Shown in pieces: positions 16,515 through 26,556 of a stretch of 64,000 nucleotides of DNA (the stretch's first letter is position 1; each line of letters starts with the position of its first letter). A program made the translations under genes and the position numbers. The notes beneath the pieces were generated by a model that made no database searches, was not told the DNA's origin, and saw only the letters and a list, made by a program, of their open reading frames with translations. The stretch lies in contig JBCDJT010000003.1 of NCBI GenBank assembly GCA_038747545.1, positions 15,195 through 79,194 on the forward strand. The letters are read 5' to 3'. Source of the stretch: Bacteroidota bacterium. GTDB lineage: Bacteria; Bacteroidota; Rhodothermia; Rhodothermales; JBCCMF01.

Positions 16515-19168
16515 CAGGGCCGCAACACCAGCTTCCCGGCTGGGCCGTCTGGCTGCTGGAACGCCTGACTCCACGCGGCCGCCGCGACATCCTCGTGGGC
16601 GACTTCGCCGAGGCGTTCGCTTACATCAGCGACGAGGAAGGCCGCCGCTCTGCGCTGAGCTGGACGGTGTGGCAGCTCGTCAAATCCACCCCCGCTTTTC
16701 TCCTCGAACGATCCTACTTCGGTGCTACCATGCTGGGTAACTACACCAAAATTGCCGCCCGCAACCTGAAGAAACGCGCCTTCTTCTCCGCGCTCAACAT
16801 CGGCGGACTCGCCATCGGCATGGCCATCTGCCTGCTGATCTTCCAGTATGTGGCCTTCGAGAGCAGCTACGACACCTTCCACGAGAAGAGCGATCAGCTC
16901 TACCGCGTCGTGTCGGACGGTAACGTGGAGGGCGGCATCGAGTCGCGCAGCGTGGACACGTGGTACGCCTTGCGGGGCTTGATGGAAGACAACCTGCCCG
17001 AGGTAGAGCATGTGACGCGCTATCATCCCAACTGGGGCTCCAACACCGTCATCTACACGCCGCCCACCGGGGAGCGGGTACTCTACCGCGAGCCCGGCAT
17101 CGGCTATGCCGACTCCACCTTCTTCACCATGTTCGACCTCAACATCTTCCGTGGTGAGGCGGAGGGCGCCTTGGCGTCACCGGGCGAGGTGTACCTCTCG
17201 GCGACGACGGCCCAGAAGTACTTCGGCGAGGCCAACCCCGTCGGCCAGGCGCTGGAGTTTCACGCCATCGTGCAGGGGACGTACACCGTGGCGGGTGTCT
17301 TTGCCGACGTGCCGTCCCGCTCGCATTTCGCCTTCGATCTGCTGCTCCCGATGCATGACCTGCTGCAGACTCGTCAGTACCGCGACACCAACGGCTGGGG
17401 CTGGACCAACTTTACCACCTACGCCCAACTCCACGCCGATGCTGATCCTCTGGCCACCGCCGCTACGCTCGACGACCTACTCCACGAGGCCGATCCAGAG
17501 ATCTTCATCGAGTCGCCAGCACTGAATACGGTCCTCCAGCCTGTGACCGCCATCCACTTGGAGTCAACGGGCGTTAACACCGAGGCGGGCGCGCACTACA
17601 AGCTGATCTACTTCTTCGGCATGGTGGGCGTGTTCGTGCTGCTCATCGCCTGGATCAACTACATCAACCTCTCCACCGCACGGGCCATGGAGCGCGCCAA
17701 GGAGGTGGGTGTGCGCAAAGCGATTGGCGCCACCAAAGGCAACGTCATCGCGCAGTTCATCTTGGAGGCGCTGCTGACGAACGGTCTCGCCTTGCTCTTC
17801 GGCATCGCGCTCTCCATGCTGGCCCTGCCTGTCCTCAACCAACTCGCCGATGTGCAGATCACGATGTCGATCTGGACGGAGCCGCTGCTGTGGACCGGGT
17901 TGGCCGCACTCTTCGTAGGCGGTGCCGTGCTCACGAGTTTGTACCCGGCGTTCATCTTGTCGCGCTTCCAGCCTGCGCAAGTGCTCAAAGGCCAGACCCA
18001 GCGCGGCACCCTCCGCGACACCCTCCGCAAGAGCCTCGTAGTGGTGCAGTTCGCAGCTTCGATCTTGCTGCTGATCGGTACGTTCGCCGTCTACAGCCAA
18101 GTGGGCCACATGCGCAGTGCTGATCTCGGGCTGGAGATGGAGCAGGTGCTGGTTGTGGAGCGGCCGCAGATCCGCCCCGACGACGACGCGTACCGCTCTG
18201 CCCGCAACGCCTTCAGACAAGAGGCCGCCCGCCTCGCCGATGTGACGTCGCTGGCATCCTCCTCCACAGTGCCCGGCGACGGCTTCTCGTTCAACACCAG
18301 CGTCTACCGTGAAGGCGATGATCCGTCGCAGAACCAGCCGCTCCAACTCTCGTGGATCAGCGCCTCGTTTACGGAGACGTACGACATTGACGTCGTTGCC
18401 GGGCGACCCCTGTCGGAAGACCGGGAGGTCGATCGCGAGGGTACGCTGCTGGTGAACGAGACGCTGGTGCGCACCTTCGGCTTCGAGAGCAACGAGGCGG
18501 CGTTGGGTCACAAGCTGGTTTTCAACGATAACGAAGACGGTCGCCTCGAAATCGTGGGCGTGTTGGAGGACTTTCAGTGGATGCACGCCAAATCTGAGAC
18601 CGGCCCCGTGGCGTTCACCATGACGGCTGGCGGTGGCTTCTTCTCGATGAAGCTCAGCACCACCGACATGCAGGCCACGCTGGCTGCGGTCGAGGCTGTT
18701 TATGCCGAGCACTTCCCCGGCAACCCGTTCGCCTACTTCTTCGCCGATGAGGCCTTCGACCAACAGTATCAGGCCGATCGGCGCTTTGGCGTCCTCTTCG
18801 GCACGTTCGCGCTCTTCGCACTATTGGTCGCGTGCCTCGGCCTGATTGGGCTGGCCGCGTACATGGTGGCGCAGCGGACGAAGGAGATCGGCGTGCGCAA
18901 GGTGCTGGGCGCTACGTCAGCAGGCATCGTGAAGCTGCTCCTGGGCGACTTCGCCAAGCTAGTCGGGCTGGCCTTCGTGGTGGCCTTGCCGCTGGCGTAT
19001 GTAGCGCTGGATGCATGGCTCGGCAACTTCGCCACGCGTATCGACCTCAGCATCCCGCTCTTCGTGGTGCCAGGGCTAGCGGTGATGCTGCTGGCCTTGC
19101 TCACCGTGAGCTATCACACGCTCCGCACCGCCCGCAGCCGTCCCATCACAGCGCTGCGCATGGACTAA
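16511..19168 (+). CDS. FtsX-like (MacB-type) ABC transporter permease with N-terminal permease-prefix segment
   Basis: Two FtsX-type 4-TM modules (motifs ERAKEVGVRKAIGA and QRTKEIGVRKVLGA) separated by large extracytoplasmic regions. The ATG at 16511 overlaps the PadR stop (ATGA). Confidence 0.8.
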   Translation: MTGPQHQLPGWAVWLLERLTPRGRRDILVGDFAEAFAYISDEEGRRSALSWTVWQLVKSTPAFLLERSYFGATMLGNYTKIAARNLKKRAFFSALNIGGLAIGMAICLLIFQYVAFESSYDTFHEKSDQLYRVVSDGNVEGGIESRSVDTWYALRGLMEDNLPEVEHVTRYHPNWGSNTVIYTPPTGERVLYREPGIGYADSTFFTMFDLNIFRGEAEGALASPGEVYLSATTAQKYFGEANPVGQALEFHAIVQGTYTVAGVFADVPSRSHFAFDLLLPMHDLLQTRQYRDTNGWGWTNFTTYAQLHADADPLATAATLDDLLHEADPEIFIESPALNTVLQPVTAIHLESTGVNTEAGAHYKLIYFFGMVGVFVLLIAWINYINLSTARAMERAKEVGVRKAIGATKGNVIAQFILEALLTNGLALLFGIALSMLALPVLNQLADVQITMSIWTEPLLWTGLAALFVGGAVLTSLYPAFILSRFQPAQVLKGQTQRGTLRDTLRKSLVVVQFAASILLLIGTFAVYSQVGHMRSADLGLEMEQVLVVERPQIRPDDDAYRSARNAFRQEAARLADVTSLASSSTVPGDGFSFNTSVYREGDDPSQNQPLQLSWISASFTETYDIDVVAGRPLSEDREVDREGTLLVNETLVRTFGFESNEAALGHKLVFNDNEDGRLEIVGVLEDFQWMHAKSETGPVAFTMTAGGGFFSMKLSTTDMQATLAAVEAVYAEHFPGNPFAYFFADEAFDQQYQADRRFGVLFGTFALFALLVACLGLIGLAAYMVAQRTKEIGVRKVLGATSAGIVKLLLGDFAKLVGLAFVVALPLAYVALDAWLGNFATRIDLSIPLFVVPGLAVMLLALLTVSYHTLRTARSRPITALRMD

Positions 19169-19225
19169 CACCCTCCTCAACATCCCGGCGTTGCTCCACA
19201 GCGCCTGAGCCCTCCTCTCCATATC

Positions 19226-20491
19226 ATGAAGCGACTCAAACGCGTCACAGGGATACTCTTTGCCCTGCTGGTTTTTCTCCTCGTTGGCGGCATCGCCTTC
19301 ATCCTCATCGAAACGCGCGATGAGATCCAGGCCACGCCTAGTACCGTGGACGCTCATCTCCGAGACATCTACAACCCCAAGCGCATGGCGGGCTTCGCTG
19401 CCGCCGTTTTCAGCGCCGACTCCGTACTCTACCAAGGTGGGTTCGGTATGGCGAATCGCGAGACGGAGCAGCCGTTCACGTCGTACACCCAGCAGTATGT
19501 GGCCTCCATCGCCAAGACGCTCATCGGCATCGCACTGCTAAAAGTCGAGGAGCGTGGCCTAGTCGGTTTGGACGATCCGGTTAGTAAACACCTTCCGTTC
19601 GAGATCGTCAATCCGGCGCACCCCAACACGCCGATCACGCTACGCCATCTGGCAACCCACACGTCATCGCTAGATTACAACGAGGCTGTGGTTGAGTCCC
19701 TGTATGTGGATGATCTGGCCAAAGACTCGTCGCTGACCGCGTTCATGCACGCCTACTTTGTCGATGGAGGCTACGGCGCAGTTGCCTTCACCGACGATGC
19801 GCCCGGCACACGATGGAACTACTCTAACATCGGCGCGGGTGTGGCCGCGTATGTCGTTGAGGTGGTAGCTGGTCAGTCGTTTGCCGCCTTCACGCAAACG
19901 CACGTCTTCGATGCCCTTGGGTTGGATGACACGGGATGGTTTCTCACTGCCGCCGACAGCACCCGACGCGCCGCCTACTACGCACCTATCGACGGTGAAC
20001 TGCTCGCCGAGCCCGCTCGTGGTGTGCAACTCTACCCGGCCCGTGATCTCGTTACCACCGCTGCTGACCTCGCGAGGTTCGGACAAGCCATGCTGGCGCG
20101 CGATCCGCGTGTGCTGACGGCTGCGTCATACGATCAGCTCTTTGCGCCACAGCTGTCGCCCGACGTGCGCGATCGCACTGTGGACAACAGCGGCCTCTTC
20201 TGGATGATCGACCGGAATAATTACGGCATCACCTACTCGCTCACGGGCATGAACGGTGGCGACAGCGGCATCAACACCATGCTGTGGTTCGACCCCGTGA
20301 CCGAACTCGGCTACGTGTTCATCGGGAATACCGGACGGAGCGACCGCAACCGCTCCAACCGCATCTGGGCCGTCCGCACGCTCATCAGCCTAAGCGACGA
20401 CTACCGCATGCGCAACGCTTCCCTACCACTGGGAGAGCGGCTGCGCTACCGCTGGCACAACGTCTACAGCCGCGTCAACGCGCTGTTTTGA
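19226..20491 (+). CDS. Serine hydrolase, beta-lactamase/PBP4-like (class C fold), membrane anchored
   Basis: N-terminal TM helix. SxxK in YVASIAKTL. The overall pattern fits the beta-lactamase-related serine hydrolase family. Confidence 0.7.
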   Translation: MKRLKRVTGILFALLVFLLVGGIAFILIETRDEIQATPSTVDAHLRDIYNPKRMAGFAAAVFSADSVLYQGGFGMANRETEQPFTSYTQQYVASIAKTLIGIALLKVEERGLVGLDDPVSKHLPFEIVNPAHPNTPITLRHLATHTSSLDYNEAVVESLYVDDLAKDSSLTAFMHAYFVDGGYGAVAFTDDAPGTRWNYSNIGAGVAAYVVEVVAGQSFAAFTQTHVFDALGLDDTGWFLTAADSTRRAAYYAPIDGELLAEPARGVQLYPARDLVTTAADLARFGQAMLARDPRVLTAASYDQLFAPQLSPDVRDRTVDNSGLFWMIDRNNYGITYSLTGMNGGDSGINTMLWFDPVTELGYVFIGNTGRSDRNRSNRIWAVRTLISLSDDYRMRNASLPLGERLRYRWHNVYSRVNALF

Positions 20492-20509
20492 TCGGGCACT
20501 GCAGGAGAG

Positions 20510-21022
20510 TCAGCGGTACTCCGCGTAGACCTCGGTTTTACCGTCGGCGTTGACGGCAAGGACGTCATACGGGTCCGCGTCGCGCCCAGCCACTTCCATG
20601 CCAGGTGACCCGATGGGCATGCCGGGTACGGTGATGCCCACGATGTCAGGCTTCTCGCTAATCATACGCTTGACCGTCTCGGCAGGCACGTGGCCTTCCA
20701 CCACGTAGCCGTCCACGATGGCCGTGTGGCACGAGCCCACCGTGGCGGGCATCCCGTTCTGCTCGCGGATCTGTGCCGTGCTCTCCACGTCGTAGGTGCG
20801 CGTGGCAAAGCCGTTCTCGGCCATGTGATCCACCCACAGTGAGCAGCAGCCGCACGTCGGCGTCTTGTACACCGTCACGGTGGGCAGGCTGGGGTCTATG
20901 GCTACCGTCTGCGCCTCAACCTGCGCTTGTGGCGCGGGCGTCTCTGATTGGCAAGCCACCGTGCCGAGGGCCAGGAAGCCGATGGTAAGTACAGGAAGGA
21001 ACCGCGTCATAGTCTTCTCCAT
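20510..21022 (-). CDS. DUF411 (CopG-like) metal-binding lipoprotein
   Basis: TVYKTPTCGCCSLWVDHM ... GSCHTAIVDGYVVEGHVP ... GMPIGSPGME. Lipobox LGTVAC. The start could be 21022 or 21010. Confidence 0.75.
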   Translation of the reverse strand: MEKTMTRFLPVLTIGFLALGTVACQSETPAPQAQVEAQTVAIDPSLPTVTVYKTPTCGCCSLWVDHMAENGFATRTYDVESTAQIREQNGMPATVGSCHTAIVDGYVVEGHVPAETVKRMISEKPDIVGITVPGMPIGSPGMEVAGRDADPYDVLAVNADGKTEVYAEYR

Positions 21023-21054
21023 CACGTAGTCTAAAAACGTGGGCCGCGCGCCCA

Positions 21055-21888
21055 TTAGTTGCCCCCGAGGATGAGCGGCAGGCCATCGCCGCCGCCACCC
21101 ACGACCACGGTTTTGCTGTTGGGCGAGTTGGCCAGCTGCTGTGTGGCTTCGATGCCCTTGAAGCGCAGGAACTGCGGCGAGAGGCTCTCGGTGATAATCT
21201 GCTGATACTCGGCCTGACCCTGGGCCTCAATCTTGAGGCGTTCGGCTTCCTGGCTGGCAATCTGCAGGCGGAACTCGTACTCAAGCGACTCCTGCTCGCG
21301 CTTCAGCTTGGTCTCAATAGCCGTGCGGATCTGGTCGGGCAGCGTCACCTCGCGGATCAGGATCGCATTCAGCTCCACGTGACTCCCTGCGATGCGCGAC
21401 TGGACGTTGGAGAAGACCTGCTCCTGCAGTTCGGCACGCTTCGTCGAGTACAACTCTTCGGGCGCATACTGGCCCACCACCTCGCGCATCACGCTTCGCA
21501 GTTCGGGCTGTACCAGCCGCTGGTAGTAGGCGGGGCCGAACGTAACATGCAGTTCAGGCAGCTCATCGCTCACCGGGCGCCAGCGGATCGATACTTCTAC
21601 GCCAATTTCAAGGCCGTTCGACGACAGCACGTTCATCGTCTCCTCGACCTCTTGCACGCGCATGTCGTACCGGATCACGTCGATCCAGGGCGGATGGATG
21701 TTGAGCCCTTCGCCGTAGGTGGTCTCTTTGTCGGTACCGCCGAAGATGCTGAAGCGGACGCCCGCCTCACCCGATTCGATGGTGGTGGTCATGCACCCAG
21801 CGGCCATCAGCATGATGATGAGCGCGACGGAGCCGAGGATGCCCGCGCGGGTGATGGCCCGGGTGACGTTGGGATATTCGTTCGCCAT
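21055..21888 (-). CDS. SPFH/band-7 (prohibitin/HflC-like) membrane protein
   Basis: TM anchor followed by IESGEAGVRFSIFGG ... SSNGLEIGVEVSIRWRP and a coiled-coil tail. ATG at 21888 (MANEYP). Confidence 0.8.
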   Translation of the reverse strand: MANEYPNVTRAITRAGILGSVALIIMLMAAGCMTTTIESGEAGVRFSIFGGTDKETTYGEGLNIHPPWIDVIRYDMRVQEVEETMNVLSSNGLEIGVEVSIRWRPVSDELPELHVTFGPAYYQRLVQPELRSVMREVVGQYAPEELYSTKRAELQEQVFSNVQSRIAGSHVELNAILIREVTLPDQIRTAIETKLKREQESLEYEFRLQIASQEAERLKIEAQGQAEYQQIITESLSPQFLRFKGIEATQQLANSPNSKTVVVGGGGDGLPLILGGN

Positions 21889-22008
21889 GAAGGTAGAAGA
21901 CTGATGAAGACAGCGGTACGCCGAGCCAGTAAAGACCAAGTCTGAGCGCAACATGGATCGGCAGGGCTGGTTTCACGAGATGCAACCCTTTCACAACGCC
22001 TGCTGCCC

Positions 22009-22965
22009 ATGCCCGCGACCGATCACGCCACAAACCTCGACGTGTTTTTGGACGCCTACGACCCCGTTAAAGTTCAACGAAATAAACCGCTTGCTCCGTT
22101 AACCACGTTCAAGATTGGCGGTCCTGCCGATGTATTCGTCGCGCCCACCACCGCCGACGAGTTGGCCCACGCGGTGCGCTGCGCGCGCGAGGCGGAGGTG
22201 CCGTATTTCTTGCTTGGCTTAGGCGCCAACATCCTCATCGGCGACGGCGGCTTCCGCGGCGTGGTCATTCACAACCAAGCCACGCGCATTGAGGTCCGTC
22301 ACGAGACGCAGCAGGTCTGGGTGGAAAGCGGGGCCATCATGTATCCCGATGTGATCGAGGCTGCCGTCGCCAGCGGGTTGAGTGGGCTAGAGCATTACGT
22401 GGGCATTCCCTCTACGGTGGGCGGGGCGCTGTGGCAGAACCTCCACTTTCTCTCGCCGCCACCCGAGCGCGAGCGCACCATGTTCATCGAAGAGGTTGTC
22501 CACGAAGCCGATCTGCTCACGGAGGAGAACGAGCGCAAGACCGTAGGCGTGGACTACTTCGAGTACGGCTATGACGATTCGATCCTGCACCACCGCGACG
22601 ACATCGTGCTCTCGGCTACGTTCCAGCTCGAAGCTGGCGACGAGGCGCGCATGCGCGAGATCATGGCCGCCAACCTGGAGTGGCGTCACGCTCGCCATCC
22701 GCCCCTCGATACCGAGCCCAGCGCGGGCTCCATCTTCAAGAAGATCGAAGGCGTAGGGGCAGGGCGCCTCATCGACCAGTGTGGCATGAAGGGGACGCGC
22801 ATCGGCGGGGCCGAGATCACGCGCCGCCACGCCAACATCATGATCAACGCAGGCGGCGCCACCGCGGCCGATGTGCGCGCGCTCATCACGCTCGCCCAGG
22901 AGACGGTAGAGCGTGAGATGGGCTACCGCTTGGAGCCGGAGATCTCGTTCATCGGCACCTTCTAG
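22009..22965 (+). CDS. murB: UDP-N-acetylenolpyruvoylglucosamine reductase
   Basis: PLAPLTTFKIGGPADVFV ... LGLGANILIGDGGFRGVVI ... SAGSIFKK are MurB type II signatures. Confidence 0.9.
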   Translation: MPATDHATNLDVFLDAYDPVKVQRNKPLAPLTTFKIGGPADVFVAPTTADELAHAVRCAREAEVPYFLLGLGANILIGDGGFRGVVIHNQATRIEVRHETQQVWVESGAIMYPDVIEAAVASGLSGLEHYVGIPSTVGGALWQNLHFLSPPPERERTMFIEEVVHEADLLTEENERKTVGVDYFEYGYDDSILHHRDDIVLSATFQLEAGDEARMREIMAANLEWRHARHPPLDTEPSAGSIFKKIEGVGAGRLIDQCGMKGTRIGGAEITRRHANIMINAGGATAADVRALITLAQETVEREMGYRLEPEISFIGTF

Positions 22966-23229
22966 TGTCCGCTGCTCTTTGTGGCCGTGCCGTCCCCATG
23001 CGAGAGAAGAAATGCTGGGTGGGTAAGCAGGACACCTGGCCAGACCACCGCTGTGCTGAGCATGCGTGTTGCTTGGCTGGGATGTGACGGTGGTCCTGGG
23101 ACCGCGAATGCCTACCGGAACTGAGTGAGGTGATCCGTTGCTGCGCAGAGCGGTTGGTGCCTCCGAGAACCTAAAGCGGAGACTGTCGTCGGATGTGCGT
23201 CACGTGTGTTGAGGATACAAAGAGACACA

Positions 23230-24912
23230 ATGCATACCGTGCGCATAGCGTGGATCATACTCTTGATGGCTGGGCTGGTCAGTGCGGCGTATGGTCAGCA
23301 GTCCACCCATCGGTACACGTTAGAGGCTTTTGCTCGTATGACCCCCACAACGGTGGCCGTCGGCGAGACGTTCACGGTAGCCATCGAGGTCTACGCCCAA
23401 ACGCACAGGGCGCACGATGTCACCCGCCTCCACGCCGCGTTGGACGCAGCCAGCTTTGGCGGTGAGGGGACGAACACAGCCTACGTCACAGCCCAGGAGC
23501 CTATGGGCTGGCAGAAGCAGAGTACGGCTGGCCGGCTGTGGCTCGGGGAGCGCACCTACACCTTCCGTGCCACAGCCGCAGGGCCAATCAAAACGCCAAC
23601 GTGGAAGCTGACTGTCGGCAATGAGGAGGTCACCGTTCCCTCCTTACATGGGCTAGCCTACGCACCGGGCAATGAGGCGCAAAAGTCAGCCATCGTGCCT
23701 ATTGTCGCAGAACGCCCAACAGAGACGGAGGGGCGGTTCGTACGGCGTTCAGGTTCTGCGTTTGCAGTGGGACCCGATGCGCTTGTCACGAGCTTCCATG
23801 TGGTTGGTGGGGCGCACAAGGTCTGGATCACGCTGCCGAATGGGCGTCGTATCACCACGCGCCGTGCTTGGGTGGTCGATCCTGACCGCGATGTAGTCAT
23901 TTTACACGTTGGCGGCAATGCGCTTGAGAAAGCGGGCATCGAGCCGCTGCAGATGGCCGATTTAGAGATGCGCCCTGATGCGGACGCGGTGGTCTACACG
24001 CACGGCTGGCCCGGTGGCCTACGCCGCATGACGGCGGGGCGGCGTCATACCCATGCATCACTCTCGAACACGGCCGTTCAGTGGCTGAGTACTAACCCTG
24101 TACGTCCTGGAGACAGCGGCGGCGCCTTGCTCAATAGTGACGGGCGTGTGCTAGGTGTGGTATCTTCGGGGATGGCGCAGGCAGGGCAGCGCCATGTGCT
24201 AAGTGAGGAACTGTGCGTCGCTACGGATCCACGCCCGGCACTACAACAACTGCAGTGGACAGCAAAGCCGCGTAGGCTGACCTCGTGGTGGCGCGATGAT
24301 ACGGTAGCCGAAGCCCCTTACACGCTGGCACGCCTCGGGGTGGGACAGGCAAGAGGCTACCCAAACGCAACGCATACGCTTCATTCAGCCCGCAAGGCCA
24401 TCGCCCACATCCCTGACCCGGAGCTTCATTTCCTCACTGGCGCCCTGTTGCAGCTACAAGGCGATGCCTCGGAGGCAAGAGCAGCGTACGAGCGCACGCT
24501 TAGCTTGTACGACGAGCACTTCGCTGCGGCATACGCACTCGGGGTCCAGCACCTACGTGCCCGAAGGCCTGTTCACGCATATCGCTACTTCCGCCGGGCA
24601 CAGCAAGCGCCAGCCTATACACATTTGGCAACGTACGGCATCGCCCAAGCCCAAATGGGGCGCCTGATGTATCGGCAGGCGGCGGCATCACTCCAGGCCG
24701 TCTTGCAGTATGACGGAGCGTTCGGGCCCGCACTTTTTGACCTGGCACTGTGCTACTGGGCTTTAGGTGACAACGTACGCCTTGAGCAAGTGCGCTTCAA
24801 GCTTGAGCAGGAACACGCCTACTGGGCCAAGCGCCTCCACCTTGTCCTTGAGGGCTATGGCATTCCGCCTGTTGTCCTAGAAGAAGCCGCTACGCCTGTC
24901 TCTCCGAATTGA
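23230..24912 (+). CDS. Secreted trypsin-like (S1) serine protease with N-terminal Ig-like region and C-terminal TPR repeats
   Basis: Signal peptide. His (TSFHVVGGA), Asp (DRDVVILHV), Ser (RPGDSGGALL). The C-terminal third has TPR-like helices (AYERTLSLYDEHFAAAYALG...). Confidence 0.7.
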   Translation: MHTVRIAWIILLMAGLVSAAYGQQSTHRYTLEAFARMTPTTVAVGETFTVAIEVYAQTHRAHDVTRLHAALDAASFGGEGTNTAYVTAQEPMGWQKQSTAGRLWLGERTYTFRATAAGPIKTPTWKLTVGNEEVTVPSLHGLAYAPGNEAQKSAIVPIVAERPTETEGRFVRRSGSAFAVGPDALVTSFHVVGGAHKVWITLPNGRRITTRRAWVVDPDRDVVILHVGGNALEKAGIEPLQMADLEMRPDADAVVYTHGWPGGLRRMTAGRRHTHASLSNTAVQWLSTNPVRPGDSGGALLNSDGRVLGVVSSGMAQAGQRHVLSEELCVATDPRPALQQLQWTAKPRRLTSWWRDDTVAEAPYTLARLGVGQARGYPNATHTLHSARKAIAHIPDPELHFLTGALLQLQGDASEARAAYERTLSLYDEHFAAAYALGVQHLRARRPVHAYRYFRRAQQAPAYTHLATYGIAQAQMGRLMYRQAAASLQAVLQYDGAFGPALFDLALCYWALGDNVRLEQVRFKLEQEHAYWAKRLHLVLEGYGIPPVVLEEAATPVSPN

Positions 24913-25013
24913 GAAGAAACGCCCATGTCCGTTGACGTTGTATGTCGGCCTTCGGATATTGAAGGTGGCATTACAATCTGGTAACATATAACACCAATTT
25001 GCGGGCGCATTGT

Positions 25014-25415
25014 ATGAGTTACGATCAGGAGAAGGGGTACAGGACAGGTGGCAACGGCCACCAGCGCAGCAGAGGCCGAGGTCAGCATGCAGACCGCGGC
25101 CGTTACCGCGACGAAGTGTTTTCCCGCCGTGTCCCTGCTGGGAAGCGCACCTACTTCTTCGACGTAAAGACGACGCGCTCTGGTGAGGACTTCTTTGTCA
25201 CCATTACCGAGAGCAAGCGGGTGGGAGAGGGCAGCTACGAGAAGCACAAGATCTTCCTGTACAAGGAGGACTTTGGCAAGTTTGTCTCGGCTATCCACGA
25301 GGTAGTGCAGCACATCAAAGATGAGCACTTGCCCGAATACGACTTCCGCTATCTGCCGGACCTGTCGTTCGATCCTGAGGTCTTCGCTGAGCGTGAAGAC
25401 GAGTATCAGGGGTGA
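25014..25415 (+). CDS. PUR-alpha-like DNA/RNA-binding protein (DUF3276 family)
   Basis: GKRTYFFDVKTTRSGEDFFVTITESKR ... KIFLYKEDFGKFVSAIHEVVQHIK matches the Bacteroidota DUF3276/PUR pattern. Confidence 0.75.
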   Translation: MSYDQEKGYRTGGNGHQRSRGRGQHADRGRYRDEVFSRRVPAGKRTYFFDVKTTRSGEDFFVTITESKRVGEGSYEKHKIFLYKEDFGKFVSAIHEVVQHIKDEHLPEYDFRYLPDLSFDPEVFAEREDEYQG

Positions 25416-25424
25416 GAGTACTGG

Positions 25425-26495
25425 TCACTCGGACCCCGGCGGTTGCCACGTGAAAGCTAATATACTCGGCGTAGGTGCCGTCAGGGCGACTACCAACTCA
25501 AACCCACCATCGCTCCGCACCCGTGCGTCAAGGTCCTGGACTTGATGCTGCGAGTTGACCCGCGGGTCTGGTTCAACGAGGCGATACTGCAATCGACCGT
25601 CCTGATCGAACACGTCGATGTAGAGCCAACCGGGACGGCTGTTGAGCGCAAAGAGATATGGCCCAGCAGGCGCGGCGGACGCACTCAACAGCGGAGGCCC
25701 CTGCCGGACTCTGCCTCCGGTAAAGAAGGTACGACTTCGTGCTAGCATTGGGGAGTCAAAGCCAAAGAGTGCTAGCGAGTCTAGCGGAGCGCTCGGCTGG
25801 ATAATGTCAACTATGGGACGGAAGCCCGATAGGCTTAGCAGCGAGTCGCCCCAGATGCGTAACAACCCAGCTTGGCGGAAGCGATTTCCAGACAGCGGGA
25901 ACTGCTCAAGTTCACGCCCCTGGCTGTCAAGGCGAGCTACGTATCCGTCGATCGTCTCGCCCACAGCCTTGAAGTAAAAGCCGTCCTGATCGGCAGCGCC
26001 CCAGGTGAGTAGGCCCTCAAGGCTAAGGTCGTACGGTACGTCAACGCGCTCTTCTACCAGCCCATCCACCAAGACGTCGAAGCGTAACGCAGGCGGATTG
26101 TAGACTACCAAACTATCACCCCGCCAGCCTGCCAGGTAGGGGGCCTCAAAGTCGCCTACCCACCACTCCTCGGCAAAGTCACCCTGTGATGTCCAGATAA
26201 AGATTCGCTGCCGCTCAACGTCAGTAGCATAGACACGTCCGTCTGGGCCGAACCGCACCGTCCGTGGGAATTTGAGCGTATAGTCTGGCGTCTGGGTGGC
26301 TACCCAAGTTGCGACGAGTGTATCGACTGGGAGAGACTGGGCGAAGCTCCGAGACAGGGAGTCTGCAGGGAAGAGATCTCTTGGCTCTTCGCGCTGGCAC
26401 GACCCTGGGAAACACCCTGCAAGAGGCAGGACGAGAAGGACGAGAAGTATAGACCACCCATGCGGGAGGCGGGTAAACGTGTTGTGCATGTGCAT
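25425..26495 (-). CDS. Lipoprotein, probable 6-bladed beta-propeller (function unknown)
   Basis: Lipobox LPLAGC. It has repeated beta-strand-rich segments (DGRVYATDVERQRIFIW, DQDGFYFKAV, DQDGRLQYRLV). No catalytic motif recognised. Confidence 0.5.
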   Translation of the reverse strand: MHMHNTFTRLPHGWSILLVLLVLPLAGCFPGSCQREEPRDLFPADSLSRSFAQSLPVDTLVATWVATQTPDYTLKFPRTVRFGPDGRVYATDVERQRIFIWTSQGDFAEEWWVGDFEAPYLAGWRGDSLVVYNPPALRFDVLVDGLVEERVDVPYDLSLEGLLTWGAADQDGFYFKAVGETIDGYVARLDSQGRELEQFPLSGNRFRQAGLLRIWGDSLLSLSGFRPIVDIIQPSAPLDSLALFGFDSPMLARSRTFFTGGRVRQGPPLLSASAAPAGPYLFALNSRPGWLYIDVFDQDGRLQYRLVEPDPRVNSQHQVQDLDARVRSDGGFELVVALTAPTPSILAFTWQPPGSE

Positions 26496-26556
26496 CCTCT
26501 GTCATTCAGCAGAAAGATAGGATGCATCGTGGGTAGTCAGGCGTGAAAATATAACG

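Noticed and set aside
22966-23229. 264-nt gap after murB inspected for SRP RNA, tmRNA, RNase P or tRNA features
   Set aside because: I could not find the conserved SRP domain IV motif, a tmRNA tag or acceptor end, the RNase P GGAAAGUCCGG box, or T-loop GGTTCGA-type sequences. No call is made without a covariance-model scan.
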